This document shows positions 30,488 to 39,692 of a stretch of 64,000 nt of DNA, in pieces. The position numbers and the translations under genes were made by a program. Each line of letters begins with the position of its first letter. Position 1 is the stretch's first letter. The notes under the pieces are model-generated. The model ran no database searches. It worked only from the letters and a program-made list of their open reading frames with translations, and had not been told where the DNA came from. The stretch comes from Candidatus Krumholzibacteriota bacterium (GTDB lineage: Bacteria; Krumholzibacteriota; Krumholzibacteriia; JAJRXK01), in NCBI GenBank assembly GCA_963727455.1, contig CAVSGG010000005.1, forward strand, positions 224,001 to 288,000, read 5' to 3'.

Positions 30488-31470
30488 TCGTGAGACGAGA
30501 GCCGCCGTTGCTCCGGATTCGTGGTCTGTCGTGTCCACGCTGCGCCGGCATGCTGGAAATGAGCGATGGTGATCCGGAGGCCATGCGCTGCGCCTACTGC
30601 GGTCACAATTTCCTGGACTGGGACGATGAGGGCATCGCCTCCTTCGCACCCACCGGAAGGTTGGGGCGACGACGCGCGTTGCGAGCCCTGCGGGATGCCT
30701 TGTCCGAGGTGGGAGTACGCGGACACGTCGTGGAGGAAGCGCGTCGCTTCCACCTACCATTCTGGTATCTGGAAGCAAAACTCGTGGGTTGGCAGCGGTA
30801 TCGAAAGAAGCGTGCAGCAAATCGCGAGCAGATCCATCCCTTGCCCGAGTCCCTGGGCGCGGGCGAGGAGATCGAAGAGGAGAGCTTCGGCCACAACATC
30901 ATCTACTCCACACCCGCTTGTGACCTCCGGGACTTCGGTCTCTTGGGAGTGGCTGGACGAACACAGCGCCTGAGCTTGCGGCCCTTCGAGCTCGAAGCGG
31001 TGGCTTCGGACGAGACGGTATGCGCGGTGCTGCGCTCGCGCTCGGTAATTCTCCGACGGGCTCGGCTGTACCACGCGGCTCGGGTGACCCCCAAACGCGC
31101 ACGCCATTGTGTACAGAGAATTCTACTGGTACGTCCGCGGATGCGTCTCATCTACTACCCCGTCTGGCGTTTGCGCTATCGCGCGCGCGGCCTGGCCATG
31201 GAAGCGGCGGTAGATGGACTTCGTCCCCAACTTCTGCGCGGCAGCTACCCGCAAAGAGAAGGCGATCGTCTGTCGCTCTGGATCGGTAGCGGCGGGCTTT
31301 CGGGCCTGGCGGCTGGAGTGAGCCCCACTCTGGCTGTGGCGGGTACCGTGGGTTGGGTCCTCTGGCGCCTCACTCAGGACAGCGTGTCGGGAAGGCGTGG
31401 CGAGTTGGGAGCATGGCTGCGCCGACAAGTGGGCGGCAAGAGAATCACGATCAAGAGCTTTGCCGACTGA
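30484..31470 (+). CDS. Zn-ribbon membrane protein (YdjG-like)
   Basis: CPRCAG...CAYCG, HLPFW and YYPVW motifs, VDG, C-terminal TM; ATGA overlap. Confidence 0.78.
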   Translation: MIVRREPPLLRIRGLSCPRCAGMLEMSDGDPEAMRCAYCGHNFLDWDDEGIASFAPTGRLGRRRALRALRDALSEVGVRGHVVEEARRFHLPFWYLEAKLVGWQRYRKKRAANREQIHPLPESLGAGEEIEEESFGHNIIYSTPACDLRDFGLLGVAGRTQRLSLRPFELEAVASDETVCAVLRSRSVILRRARLYHAARVTPKRARHCVQRILLVRPRMRLIYYPVWRLRYRARGLAMEAAVDGLRPQLLRGSYPQREGDRLSLWIGSGGLSGLAAGVSPTLAVAGTVGWVLWRLTQDSVSGRRGELGAWLRRQVGGKRITIKSFAD

Positions 31471-31484
31471 GAGGGGAGAACGCC

Positions 31485-32153
31485 ATGCCGTTCATCGATC
31501 TGACGTGTCCCGCCTGTGGATCTCCGCTTTCCGCTTCCGCCTCGATCCGGATCTACGTGTGCGACGCGTGCGCCACCACCTGCACTCCCCTCGCGCCGAA
31601 CGCGAACCCCCGGAGTTCGTCGCCGCTGTGGATTCCGCCGCGCCGGCTGCTCCGGCCCCGCCTGGATCTTCCCGCGCGCGGCCGCATTCTGCTGCTTCCC
31701 CTGTGGGTGATTCCACTCCAGGAGGGCGAGAGCGGTCCGAAGCTTCCGCCCGAGTTGCGGATTCCTGCGGTGGGCCGTGCCGCCTTTGGACGCCTGGTGG
31801 AGTCGGCGCGGCGGCTGAGCAAGAGCGAGCTGGCACTCGAGGAGGTCCCGGCCCCGGAGGGACGGCCCATTCCTCGACCGCCCCAGGGGGAACTGGAGGT
31901 GGAGGAAGCATTCGCCATCGCGGAGATCGTGACTCTGGGTCAGGTCAAAGGCTGGCCCGCGGACGATCAACTGCCGGCCTGGGAGCCCAGCTTCGGGGCG
32001 ATTCGCCTGGTGGATCTCCCCCTGGGAGAAGTGAGAGGGGGGCTCATGGATCTCGTCTTCGGACTGACGGTCGATGCCGCCCTGCAGCGTGGCCTCGAAT
32101 CGATCGATGCGAGGGCTCGATTCAGCCCCGAGCTGGTGCATTCTCCGGCCTGA
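31485..32153 (+). CDS. Zn-ribbon protein
   Basis: LTCPACGSPL...CDAC, LLPLW; GAGGGGAG RBS. Confidence 0.72.
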   Translation: MPFIDLTCPACGSPLSASASIRIYVCDACATTCTPLAPNANPRSSSPLWIPPRRLLRPRLDLPARGRILLLPLWVIPLQEGESGPKLPPELRIPAVGRAAFGRLVESARRLSKSELALEEVPAPEGRPIPRPPQGELEVEEAFAIAEIVTLGQVKGWPADDQLPAWEPSFGAIRLVDLPLGEVRGGLMDLVFGLTVDAALQRGLESIDARARFSPELVHSPA

Positions 32154-32233
32154 AAACTTGGTGGGAACTCGCGAGGGACCCCGGCGTAGAAGAATTACTG
32201 CACTGGCGCGAGAGTCAGGTTCTTCATGCACTA

Positions 32234-32274
32234 GAAGCGGCCCCCGCTCACCTCCCGGGGGCCGTTTCGTTTCT
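32234..32274 (+). terminator. Rho-independent terminator of the SPFH operon
   Basis: GAAGCGGCCCCCG...CGGGGGCCGTTTC then GTTTCT. Confidence 0.6.
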
Positions 32275-32365
32275 CGCGAAGAACCTGTCCCGCCTGTATC
32301 CTTCACATGCCCCGGGAAGCCCAGCTCGTCGATCTTCGGGCTCCTTTGGACTGGAAAGGATCTCG

Positions 32366-33310
32366 ATGGACATGCGACGCGTTTTCCCCGTCCTCCTGAT
32401 ACTCCTCGGCCTCGTTTCTCCTGTGCAAAAGGCCCGCGCGGACACCGTGGCGGCCCAGGACGACAGTGCCACCACTCGCTTCGTTTTTGCCCCCAAGGAC
32501 GGAGAGAGCTGGATCGAGGAGCTCGTGGATATCCGAACCACCGACCCCGGAGGCGATGCTCCGGTGCAAACCGAACAGACCACGGAATCGGATACTTTGC
32601 TGTTTGAGAAGCAAGGGGATGGGTGGCGGATCACTCGGGTCATGGGTGCGGCCAGCTCCACGATCAACGACCATCCCTTCGACAACCCCATCCTGAAATT
32701 GTCGCGTGGAACACGGATCGAACTGGATTGCAACGCCGAAGGCGTGGCGCAAACGGTCAAGGGCTACCGCCGTCTCATGCGGAAGCTCGAGCGAGCTCTG
32801 AGTCCCGAGGTTTGGGGGAAGTACCAGAATGCCTTCTCGCTAGAAGGGGCGAGTAGAAACGAGATGCGCCGCTGGAACCTGCGACGCGGAGGACTGATCG
32901 GGAGCGAAGTGAAGGATGGTGAAGTCTGGAATATCCAGAGCCTCTTTCCCACGTCCATGGGGTTCTTGGAAGTACGGGGAACCTTGCGCTTCGGCGGAAG
33001 CATCGACTACGAAGGTCACAGCGGCTACAAGATCTTCTTGGACTACGCGACCGGCTCCGAGGTACCTACCAGCAAAGACGCGACACGCGAGCTCGACCTG
33101 AGACCGGACGAGTACACTGCGACCAACTCCGATAAATCAGGACTGAGCGGATCGACGATACGCGTCCTCGAACCCCTCACGGGACACTTGCTCTACGAGA
33201 CCACGAAGGTGAGTTGGAAGGAGCCTGAAATGCGGGGTTCGGGGAAGATGGTAGACAAACAGCTGCAGATGACCTATCGCCTCCATCCCATCTCTGGGAG
33301 TGAGCAGTGA
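32366..33310 (+). CDS. Secreted hypothetical protein (beta-rich)
   Basis: Signal peptide MRRVFPVLLILLGLVSPVQKARA; AAGGA RBS; stop overlaps the next start (GTGA). Confidence 0.72.
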   Translation: MDMRRVFPVLLILLGLVSPVQKARADTVAAQDDSATTRFVFAPKDGESWIEELVDIRTTDPGGDAPVQTEQTTESDTLLFEKQGDGWRITRVMGAASSTINDHPFDNPILKLSRGTRIELDCNAEGVAQTVKGYRRLMRKLERALSPEVWGKYQNAFSLEGASRNEMRRWNLRRGGLIGSEVKDGEVWNIQSLFPTSMGFLEVRGTLRFGGSIDYEGHSGYKIFLDYATGSEVPTSKDATRELDLRPDEYTATNSDKSGLSGSTIRVLEPLTGHLLYETTKVSWKEPEMRGSGKMVDKQLQMTYRLHPISGSEQ

Positions 33311-34725
33311 GGAATCGCGGGTCCGGTTCGAGCTCGGAGGGAACCCCGCGCGATCCGTCCGCACCGCGCCCAGGTGACGAGTCTCTTTCTCTCTGCATGG
33401 CCCAACGCGACAACATGCGCGCGATCTTCGACAGCGTTGCCGATGGCATCTTCACCATCGACACCGAGCTGCAAGTCACGAACGCCAATGAGTCCTTCAA
33501 AGAGATGGTGCGCTGCCCGGCGGAGCTACGACCCTCCTGCGCCATCGCCGAGCTCTTTCGGGCCAAAGGCGGTGCGATCGAGCAACTCCTCGGACGGACC
33601 CTCAAGGGCGAGAGAGCGCGCCAGGAAGACGTGGAGATTCATCCCGTCACCGGGGGCACGCTCGTGGCGACGATGCAGGCGGCACCTCTTCTCGATGCCG
33701 AGGGGCAGGTAGGTGGCGCCGTGGTGGTCCTGCACGACGTGACGCGGATGCGTTCGTTGGAAGACGAGCTACGACTGGCTTCAGGGCCAGAGGGTCTCGT
33801 GGGCCGCAATGTACGTATGCTGGAGATCTACCGGCTGATCGATCAACTCGCCGACAACGATGTGAGCGTCCTCATCACCGGTGAGAGCGGGACGGGAAAG
33901 GAGGTCGTCGCCTCGGCCATTCACGCCCGCAGCCATCGCAGAGAACGCCCCTTCGTAAGGGTGAATTGCGCGGCGCTCAGCGAAACATTGCTCGAGAGCG
34001 AACTCTTCGGTCATGTGCGTGGGGCCTTCACTGGCGCGATCCGAGATCGTAAGGGACGCTTCGAGGCCGCCCATCGGGGCACCATCTTTCTGGATGAAGT
34101 GGGGGCGGTGAGTCACGAAGTTCAGAAGCGGCTCCTCCGCGTGCTCCAAGAGCGCCAATTCGAACGTGTTGGAGAGGAGCGCACGCAGGAAGTAGACGTT
34201 CGCGTGATCGCGGCCACCAACGCCGATCTCAAGCAGATGGTAAACGAGGGCAGCTTCCGCGAGGATCTCTACTACCGACTGAACGTGGTCCACCTCCACG
34301 TCCCCGCCTTACGGGAGCGGCGCGAGGACATCCCAGCCCTGACGGAACATCTTTTGCGGCGGCACGCGAAGGCCATGGGCCGGGGCCGCATGAGTTTCGA
34401 TTCCGAGGCGCTCTCGCTCCTCATGGCCTATCCGTGGGAGGGGAACGTGCGGCAGCTGGAAAACGCCGTGCAGAGAGCTCTGGTCGTGTCCAAGGGGCGC
34501 GTCATTCGTCCCCAGCATCTTCCCCCCGAGATTCTCCGGCAAACCGGCGGAACCCACCCCGGCGGGAGCACACCCGATCCCAATACGCTCTCGGCCAGCC
34601 AGGCCGAACTTCTGCGCGTTCTGGAAGAGGCTGACGGCAAGTTGGGGCGAGCGGCAGAGAGGCTGGGGATCCACCGCACCACTCTCTGGCGCCGCCTCAA
34701 GCGCCACGGCCTTCACCTGCGCTGA
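33307..34725 (+). CDS. PAS-domain sigma54 enhancer-binding activator (Fis-type HTH)
   Basis: PAS (IFDSVADGIFTID), GESGTGKE, ESELFGH, GAFTGA, FLDEV, WEGNVRQL, LGIHRTTLWRRL. Confidence 0.95.
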   Translation: MRNRGSGSSSEGTPRDPSAPRPGDESLSLCMAQRDNMRAIFDSVADGIFTIDTELQVTNANESFKEMVRCPAELRPSCAIAELFRAKGGAIEQLLGRTLKGERARQEDVEIHPVTGGTLVATMQAAPLLDAEGQVGGAVVVLHDVTRMRSLEDELRLASGPEGLVGRNVRMLEIYRLIDQLADNDVSVLITGESGTGKEVVASAIHARSHRRERPFVRVNCAALSETLLESELFGHVRGAFTGAIRDRKGRFEAAHRGTIFLDEVGAVSHEVQKRLLRVLQERQFERVGEERTQEVDVRVIAATNADLKQMVNEGSFREDLYYRLNVVHLHVPALRERREDIPALTEHLLRRHAKAMGRGRMSFDSEALSLLMAYPWEGNVRQLENAVQRALVVSKGRVIRPQHLPPEILRQTGGTHPGGSTPDPNTLSASQAELLRVLEEADGKLGRAAERLGIHRTTLWRRLKRHGLHLR

Positions 34726-34734
34726 ATTCCAGGC

Positions 34735-34787
34735 GTTGCACGAGTGCAACAATGTTGCATATATGTTGCGCAACATAGCGCAACATT
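34735..34787. promoter_or_regulatory. Nested inverted repeats, probable upstream activator sites
   Basis: GTTGCAC-GA-GTGCAAC (34735-34750); perfect TATGTTGCGCAACATA (34762-34777) inside AATGTTGC...GCAACATT. Confidence 0.7.
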
Positions 34788-34889
34788 CTGACTCCGACAA
34801 ACCCCTGCCTCCTTCGGAGCTTACGCTCTAAGTGTATTGTCCTCAGTTGATTAAACGGTGATTGATTTTTTGTGGCGCAAGGACCATGT

Positions 34890-34906
34890 TCGGTACGCAC
34901 ATTGCG
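34890..34906 (+). promoter_or_regulatory. Candidate sigma54 promoter
   Basis: TCGGTACGCACATTGCG (GG-N10-GC), downstream of the UAS-like repeats and an AT-rich, IHF-like spacer. Confidence 0.7.
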
Positions 34907-34938
34907 CTAGGCAAGCGAACTCTCAGAAAGGACCGGAA

Positions 34939-37900
34939 GTGAAAAATCCTCTGACTGAATTCGCGATCGCTCATCCCAAGTGGGTGGTGACGCTCAGCAT
35001 CCTGATCACTCTGGGTTTCCTGGTGCAGTTCCCGCGCATCAAGATCGACACCGACCCGGAGAACATGCTGCCTGCGAACGAGCCGACGCGCGTGTTCCAT
35101 CACGAGCTCAAGGACACTTTCAATCTGAACGATTTCCTGGTCTTGGGTATCGTGCGCGATGCGGGGATGTTTCATCCTGAGCCTCTGGCCCGTGTCGCCG
35201 CTATCACATCGGAGATCCTGGACCTGGACGGGGTGGTGGCCGATGACGTGATGGCTCCCACCGAGGTTGACGACATCACGATCGAGGAGGGGGGAATCCT
35301 ACGGGTGGCCCCCTTGATGGAAGAACCCCCGCGGGACGAGGCGGGCGCGCAACGCATCCTCTCGCGCATCAAGGCCAGTGCGATTCTGCGCGGCAAGCTT
35401 GCGAGTGATGACGGCACCACTATTGCGCTCTTCATCCCCATCGAGGACAAGAACCAGTCCTACGAAATCGGTCGTGAGATAAGCGAGATCGTGAAGCGTC
35501 ATCAGGGCGATGAGAAGTACTACCTGGCGGGTTTGCCCATGGCAGAAGACACCTTCGGCTCCGCCATGTTCAAGCAGATGGCCGTCTCCGCTCCGCTCGC
35601 CATGGTGATCCTCTTCCTTCTCATGCTCTATTTCTTCCGCAACGTGCGGATGGTGCTCACTGCGATGGCACTCGCCATGATGTCGGTGATCTGGGGGATG
35701 GGGGCTCTGATTGGTAGCGGGAATCCTGTGCATATCATGAGTTCGATGATCCCGATCTTTCTCATTCCCATCGCAATTCTGCCCTCGATACACATTCTCA
35801 CCGAGATGATCGACCACCGGGCGCGAGCTGAAACGGTGGGCGATGCGGTACGCTCGGCCATGGGGCATCTCTTCAAGCCGGTCCTCTTCACGACGATCAC
35901 CACAGTGGTGGGTTTCGCGAGCCTCATCATGACGCCGATTCCCCCGGTTCAGGTTTTCGGGGCCTTCGTCGCCTTCGGAATCGCGGGCGCCTGGCTCCTC
36001 TCCATGACCTTCTTGCCCGCGATGGTGATGCTGGAGACCCACCGGGGAACCGAAGCGGTGCCTGAACACGACGCGGAATACGGGGCTCTGGCGCATTCCC
36101 TGCAGAAGGTGCGCGCGTTGGCGATCCGGGGCCGCTGGGCCATCACCATCACCTCGGTGCTCATCTTCGCACTTTCCATCTACGGCCTGACCAAGGTTCA
36201 GGTGAACGACAATCCAGTGCGCTGGTTTAAGGCGGGACATCCGCTGCGGGTGGCCGACCAGGTCATGAACAAACACCTGGCGGGCACCTATCTGGGGTAC
36301 GTGGAATTGAAGTCGGACGAGGATGACCGGATGAAGGATCCGGCGGTCATGAATTGGATCGAGGGCTTTCAGCACCATCTCGATCAGCACGAGAACGTGG
36401 GAGCGACCACCTCGGTTGCCGACGTGGTGAAGAAGGTGAACTTCGAGTTGGCCTTTGAGGACTCTTCCAAGCTGGTCATTCCCGACGATCAGAACGCCAT
36501 TGCGCAGTCGCTCTTTCTCTACGAAATGAGCGGCGGAAGTCCGGACGACCTCTACCACTTCATCACCCCCACCGCCAACGCGGCCAACATCTGGGTTCAG
36601 ATGCGAGCGGGTGAGAATTCGGAAGTCTCCTCCGTGGTGGACTATGCGGATGAGTACGTCGCGAGTCATCCGATCCCCGAAGGAATCAAGATGGGCTGGG
36701 GAGGACTTGCCTACGTGAACATCGTCTGGCAGGAGAAGATGGTCGCCGGCATGGCCAAGGCACTGTTTGGCTCCTTCGTGGTCGTGTTCTTCATGATGAC
36801 TTTCCTCTTCCGCTCATTTGTCTGGGGAGTCGTTTCCATGCTTCCCCTCACCGGCACCATCGCGCTGATCTACGGAATGCTGGGTTTCACCGGCAAGTAC
36901 TACGACATGCCGGTTGCCGTGCTTTCTTCGCTCACTCTCGGGCTCTCGATCGACTTCGCGATTCACTTCATCCAGCGAAGCCGGGAGATCCACAAGACCA
37001 CCCAAGACTACCAGGAGACGATGAGAATGACTTTCGATTCGACCGGACGGGCCATTTTCAGGAACGTCATGGTGCTTGCCATCGGGTTCGTTCCCATGTT
37101 CTTTGCCTCTCTCACACCGTACTTCACCGTCGGGCTGTTCTTCTTTCTCATCATGACGATCAGCGGCGCGGTCACGATGTTGCTGCTGCCGGCTATCACG
37201 GCGCTGCGTCCCCAGACCTTCTATCCCATCAAGGCGACCGAGGGCACCCGCGGGTTGGCAATGCTCGCAGTGGGTTTGACCACGCTGGTCACCGCGGCGG
37301 TGGTGGGTGTCCCGAGCGCGCGCGCGCAAGAGACCGGCGCGAGCAAAATCATGGAGAAGAGTCACCTCGCCTACTACTACGCAGGCGATGACGGTAGGAG
37401 CCAGGTCAAGATGACGCTGGTCGACCGGAAGGGGAAGGAGCGTCTCCGCGAGTTCACAATGTTGCGGCTCGACGTGAAGGAGGGCGGCGAGCAGCGCTAC
37501 TACACCTACTTCACGAAGCCGGCCGATGTGCGCCGCACGACTTTCATGGTGATCAAGCACGTACCGGGTGACGATGACCGCTGGATCTACATTCCTGCGC
37601 TAGACCTGGTGCGCCGTCTTTCTGCAAACGACAAGAACTCCTCTTTCGTGGGAAGTGATTTTACCTACGAGGACGTCTCCGGCCGGCACTGGACGGACGA
37701 CAACCACACCCTCGTGCGTGAGGACGAGCTCGATGGGCACAAGGTGTGGGTGATCGACAGCACTCCCAAAGACGACTCCAATTGGGCCAAGAAGACTTCC
37801 TACATCGATCAGGCCACTTACCTTCCCCTCAAGGAAGAGTATTACGATGACAAAGGTGTTGCGATCCGCGAGTTCACGGCAGACAAAATCGAGGAGATTC

Positions 37901-38058
37901 AGGGAATTCCAACCATCACGGTGAGGACTATGAAGAACCTGGAGAAGAACCAGCACACCACGGTGGAGTTCATGAAGATCGAGTACAACATCGGCATCCC
38001 GGAAGACATTTTCCAGGAACGCTATTTGAAGAACCCTCCGCGCGAGTACCTCGACTGA
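34939..38058 (+). CDS. MMPL/RND transporter fused to a LolA-like outer-membrane lipoprotein-sorting domain
   Basis: IDTDPENML, two TM repeats, GLSIDFAIHF; C-terminal about 250 aa with DDDRWIYIPALDLVRR and SFVGSDFTYED. Confidence 0.9.
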   Translation: MKNPLTEFAIAHPKWVVTLSILITLGFLVQFPRIKIDTDPENMLPANEPTRVFHHELKDTFNLNDFLVLGIVRDAGMFHPEPLARVAAITSEILDLDGVVADDVMAPTEVDDITIEEGGILRVAPLMEEPPRDEAGAQRILSRIKASAILRGKLASDDGTTIALFIPIEDKNQSYEIGREISEIVKRHQGDEKYYLAGLPMAEDTFGSAMFKQMAVSAPLAMVILFLLMLYFFRNVRMVLTAMALAMMSVIWGMGALIGSGNPVHIMSSMIPIFLIPIAILPSIHILTEMIDHRARAETVGDAVRSAMGHLFKPVLFTTITTVVGFASLIMTPIPPVQVFGAFVAFGIAGAWLLSMTFLPAMVMLETHRGTEAVPEHDAEYGALAHSLQKVRALAIRGRWAITITSVLIFALSIYGLTKVQVNDNPVRWFKAGHPLRVADQVMNKHLAGTYLGYVELKSDEDDRMKDPAVMNWIEGFQHHLDQHENVGATTSVADVVKKVNFELAFEDSSKLVIPDDQNAIAQSLFLYEMSGGSPDDLYHFITPTANAANIWVQMRAGENSEVSSVVDYADEYVASHPIPEGIKMGWGGLAYVNIVWQEKMVAGMAKALFGSFVVVFFMMTFLFRSFVWGVVSMLPLTGTIALIYGMLGFTGKYYDMPVAVLSSLTLGLSIDFAIHFIQRSREIHKTTQDYQETMRMTFDSTGRAIFRNVMVLAIGFVPMFFASLTPYFTVGLFFFLIMTISGAVTMLLLPAITALRPQTFYPIKATEGTRGLAMLAVGLTTLVTAAVVGVPSARAQETGASKIMEKSHLAYYYAGDDGRSQVKMTLVDRKGKERLREFTMLRLDVKEGGEQRYYTYFTKPADVRRTTFMVIKHVPGDDDRWIYIPALDLVRRLSANDKNSSFVGSDFTYEDVSGRHWTDDNHTLVREDELDGHKVWVIDSTPKDDSNWAKKTSYIDQATYLPLKEEYYDDKGVAIREFTADKIEEIQGIPTITVRTMKNLEKNQHTTVEFMKIEYNIGIPEDIFQERYLKNPPREYLD

Positions 38059-38092
38059 GGTCGAATAGAAATTTCAACGAGGAAGAAGAGCC

Positions 38093-39343
38093 ATGTTCCC
38101 CAAGATGAAGTTGTTTTTGAGTGTGATCGTGATTGGGGCTCTGTCCGTCTCAGCCGGGCAGGCACGGGCGCAGGAGCTCCACGGTTTCGTGGAGGGCCTG
38201 GCCGGCGCTCGCAGCGCGGATGGCCCCGGCGTGGAGGCGGGTGATTACACGGCCGAGGAAACTCGAGTACAGCTGCGCGTCAGCGACTACGGTGATGACG
38301 CCGAGTACTTCGCTCGATTGGATTACCGCTTCGATCAACTCACCGAGAGGAACTCCGATCTCGAGCTCCGTGAGGCCTACATGGTCTACACGGGATGGGG
38401 GAAGCTCGATTTCAAGATCGGACGGCAAATCCTGACCTGGGGCACTGGAGATCTTCTCTTCATCAACGACGTCTTCGCGAAAGACTGGGAGAGCTTCTTC
38501 ATTGGACGCGAGGACCAATACCTCAAGGCCCCGCACGACGCGCTCCGGATGGGATTCTACCCTTCGGTGGCGAATCTGAATCTCGTGCTCATCCCCAAGT
38601 TCGAAGCGGATCGTTTGCCCATGCCCCCGCGGCTTTCGGTGTACGATCCCTTCGGAGGCCTGAAGCAGAGGATCGAAATGCCCGCTGACGAGATCGGCAA
38701 CGGGGAGATCGCACTCCGTGCCTCGCGAACCGTTTCGGGCTGGGATTTTGCCCTCTACGGCCACTGGGGACGCTTCCGGCAGCCCGTGGGCATAGCAAGT
38801 ATGGATAGCGCGAGCGTGACCCTCTTCTATCCGCGGTTCAACACCTACGGGGCCAGCGCGCGCAGCAACCTGCTGGGCGGAGTCGTGAACGTAGAAGGCG
38901 GATATCTCGACAGCGTCGACGACTCCGATGGTTCGAATCCACTGGTGGAGAACTCGTCGATTCGCTGGATGGCCGGTTACGATCGTCAGCTTGCCAGTGA
39001 CATGCAGCTAGGCCTGCAAGCCTACTACGAGTTTATGCTGGATCATGGACGCTATGTGGAAGGGCTTGCGCCGGGTCAACCGGTGAGGGACGAGTTGCGC
39101 CAGCTCTACACCCTGCGTCTGACCAAGATGTACCAATATCAAACTCTCATCTTCTCCTTCTTTGGCTACTGGTCACCCACCGACGAGGACTATTATCTTC
39201 GTGCCAGTGGTACCAAGAAACTCACCGACGCGTTGGCGCTTTCTCTGGGAGCCAACGTATTCGGTGGAAAGAACGATTGGACTCTGTTCGGATCGCAGGA
39301 GTACAACGACAATGTATACCTGCGGGCTCGCTATTCGTTCTGA
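38093..39343 (+). CDS. Outer-membrane beta-barrel protein (DUF1302-like)
   Basis: Signal peptide, LREAY, IGRQILTWGTGD, terminal ARYSF. Confidence 0.8.
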   Translation: MFPKMKLFLSVIVIGALSVSAGQARAQELHGFVEGLAGARSADGPGVEAGDYTAEETRVQLRVSDYGDDAEYFARLDYRFDQLTERNSDLELREAYMVYTGWGKLDFKIGRQILTWGTGDLLFINDVFAKDWESFFIGREDQYLKAPHDALRMGFYPSVANLNLVLIPKFEADRLPMPPRLSVYDPFGGLKQRIEMPADEIGNGEIALRASRTVSGWDFALYGHWGRFRQPVGIASMDSASVTLFYPRFNTYGASARSNLLGGVVNVEGGYLDSVDDSDGSNPLVENSSIRWMAGYDRQLASDMQLGLQAYYEFMLDHGRYVEGLAPGQPVRDELRQLYTLRLTKMYQYQTLIFSFFGYWSPTDEDYYLRASGTKKLTDALALSLGANVFGGKNDWTLFGSQEYNDNVYLRARYSF

Positions 39344-39361
39344 TCCCCGGGAGTAAAAGCA

Positions 39362-39580
39362 ATGAATGATCACGACATGAGAATCCAGAATCTTATCCGT
39401 CGCTTTGCCGGCAGTTTCGTGCTCGTGAGCCTGGCGCTGGGGTATTGGGTTCATCCTGCCTGGTTTCTCTTCACCGCGTTCGTGGGTGTCAATCTGATTC
39501 AGAGCAGCTTCACCAAGTGGTGCCTGCTGGAGAAAATTCTCTACCGCGTGCTCCCGCCGAGCAGGGCCAACGCCAGCTAG
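39362..39580 (+). CDS. DUF2892 (YgaP-like) small membrane protein
   Basis: RRFAGSFVLVSLALG...FTAFVGVNLIQSSFTKWC. Confidence 0.85.
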   Translation: MNDHDMRIQNLIRRFAGSFVLVSLALGYWVHPAWFLFTAFVGVNLIQSSFTKWCLLEKILYRVLPPSRANAS

Positions 39581-39602
39581 AGAGGCGTGCCCGATGGATG
39601 AA

Positions 39603-39660
39603 ACCCTGCGCGTCCGACGCGCAGGGTATGCTTGCCACCGGCGGAGGGGGCCGCTAGGCT
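39603..39660 (+). promoter_or_regulatory. Hairpin followed by candidate sigma70 promoter
   Basis: ACCCTGCGCG-TCCGA-CGCGCAGGGT, then TTGCCA-17 nt-TAGGCT. Confidence 0.4.
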
Positions 39661-39692
39661 GAGGTCTCAAGACTTCAACCCAGAGGTGACTC

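Noticed and set aside
31397-32365. N-terminal 320 aa of the 637-aa ORF
   Set aside because: It overlaps a better Zn-ribbon gene and a terminator; the real start with RBS and signal peptide is at 32366/32372.
39594-39610. Additional sigma54 motif TGGATGAAACCCTGCG
   Set aside because: Poor -24 box, overlaps a hairpin, and a sigma70-like promoter follows.
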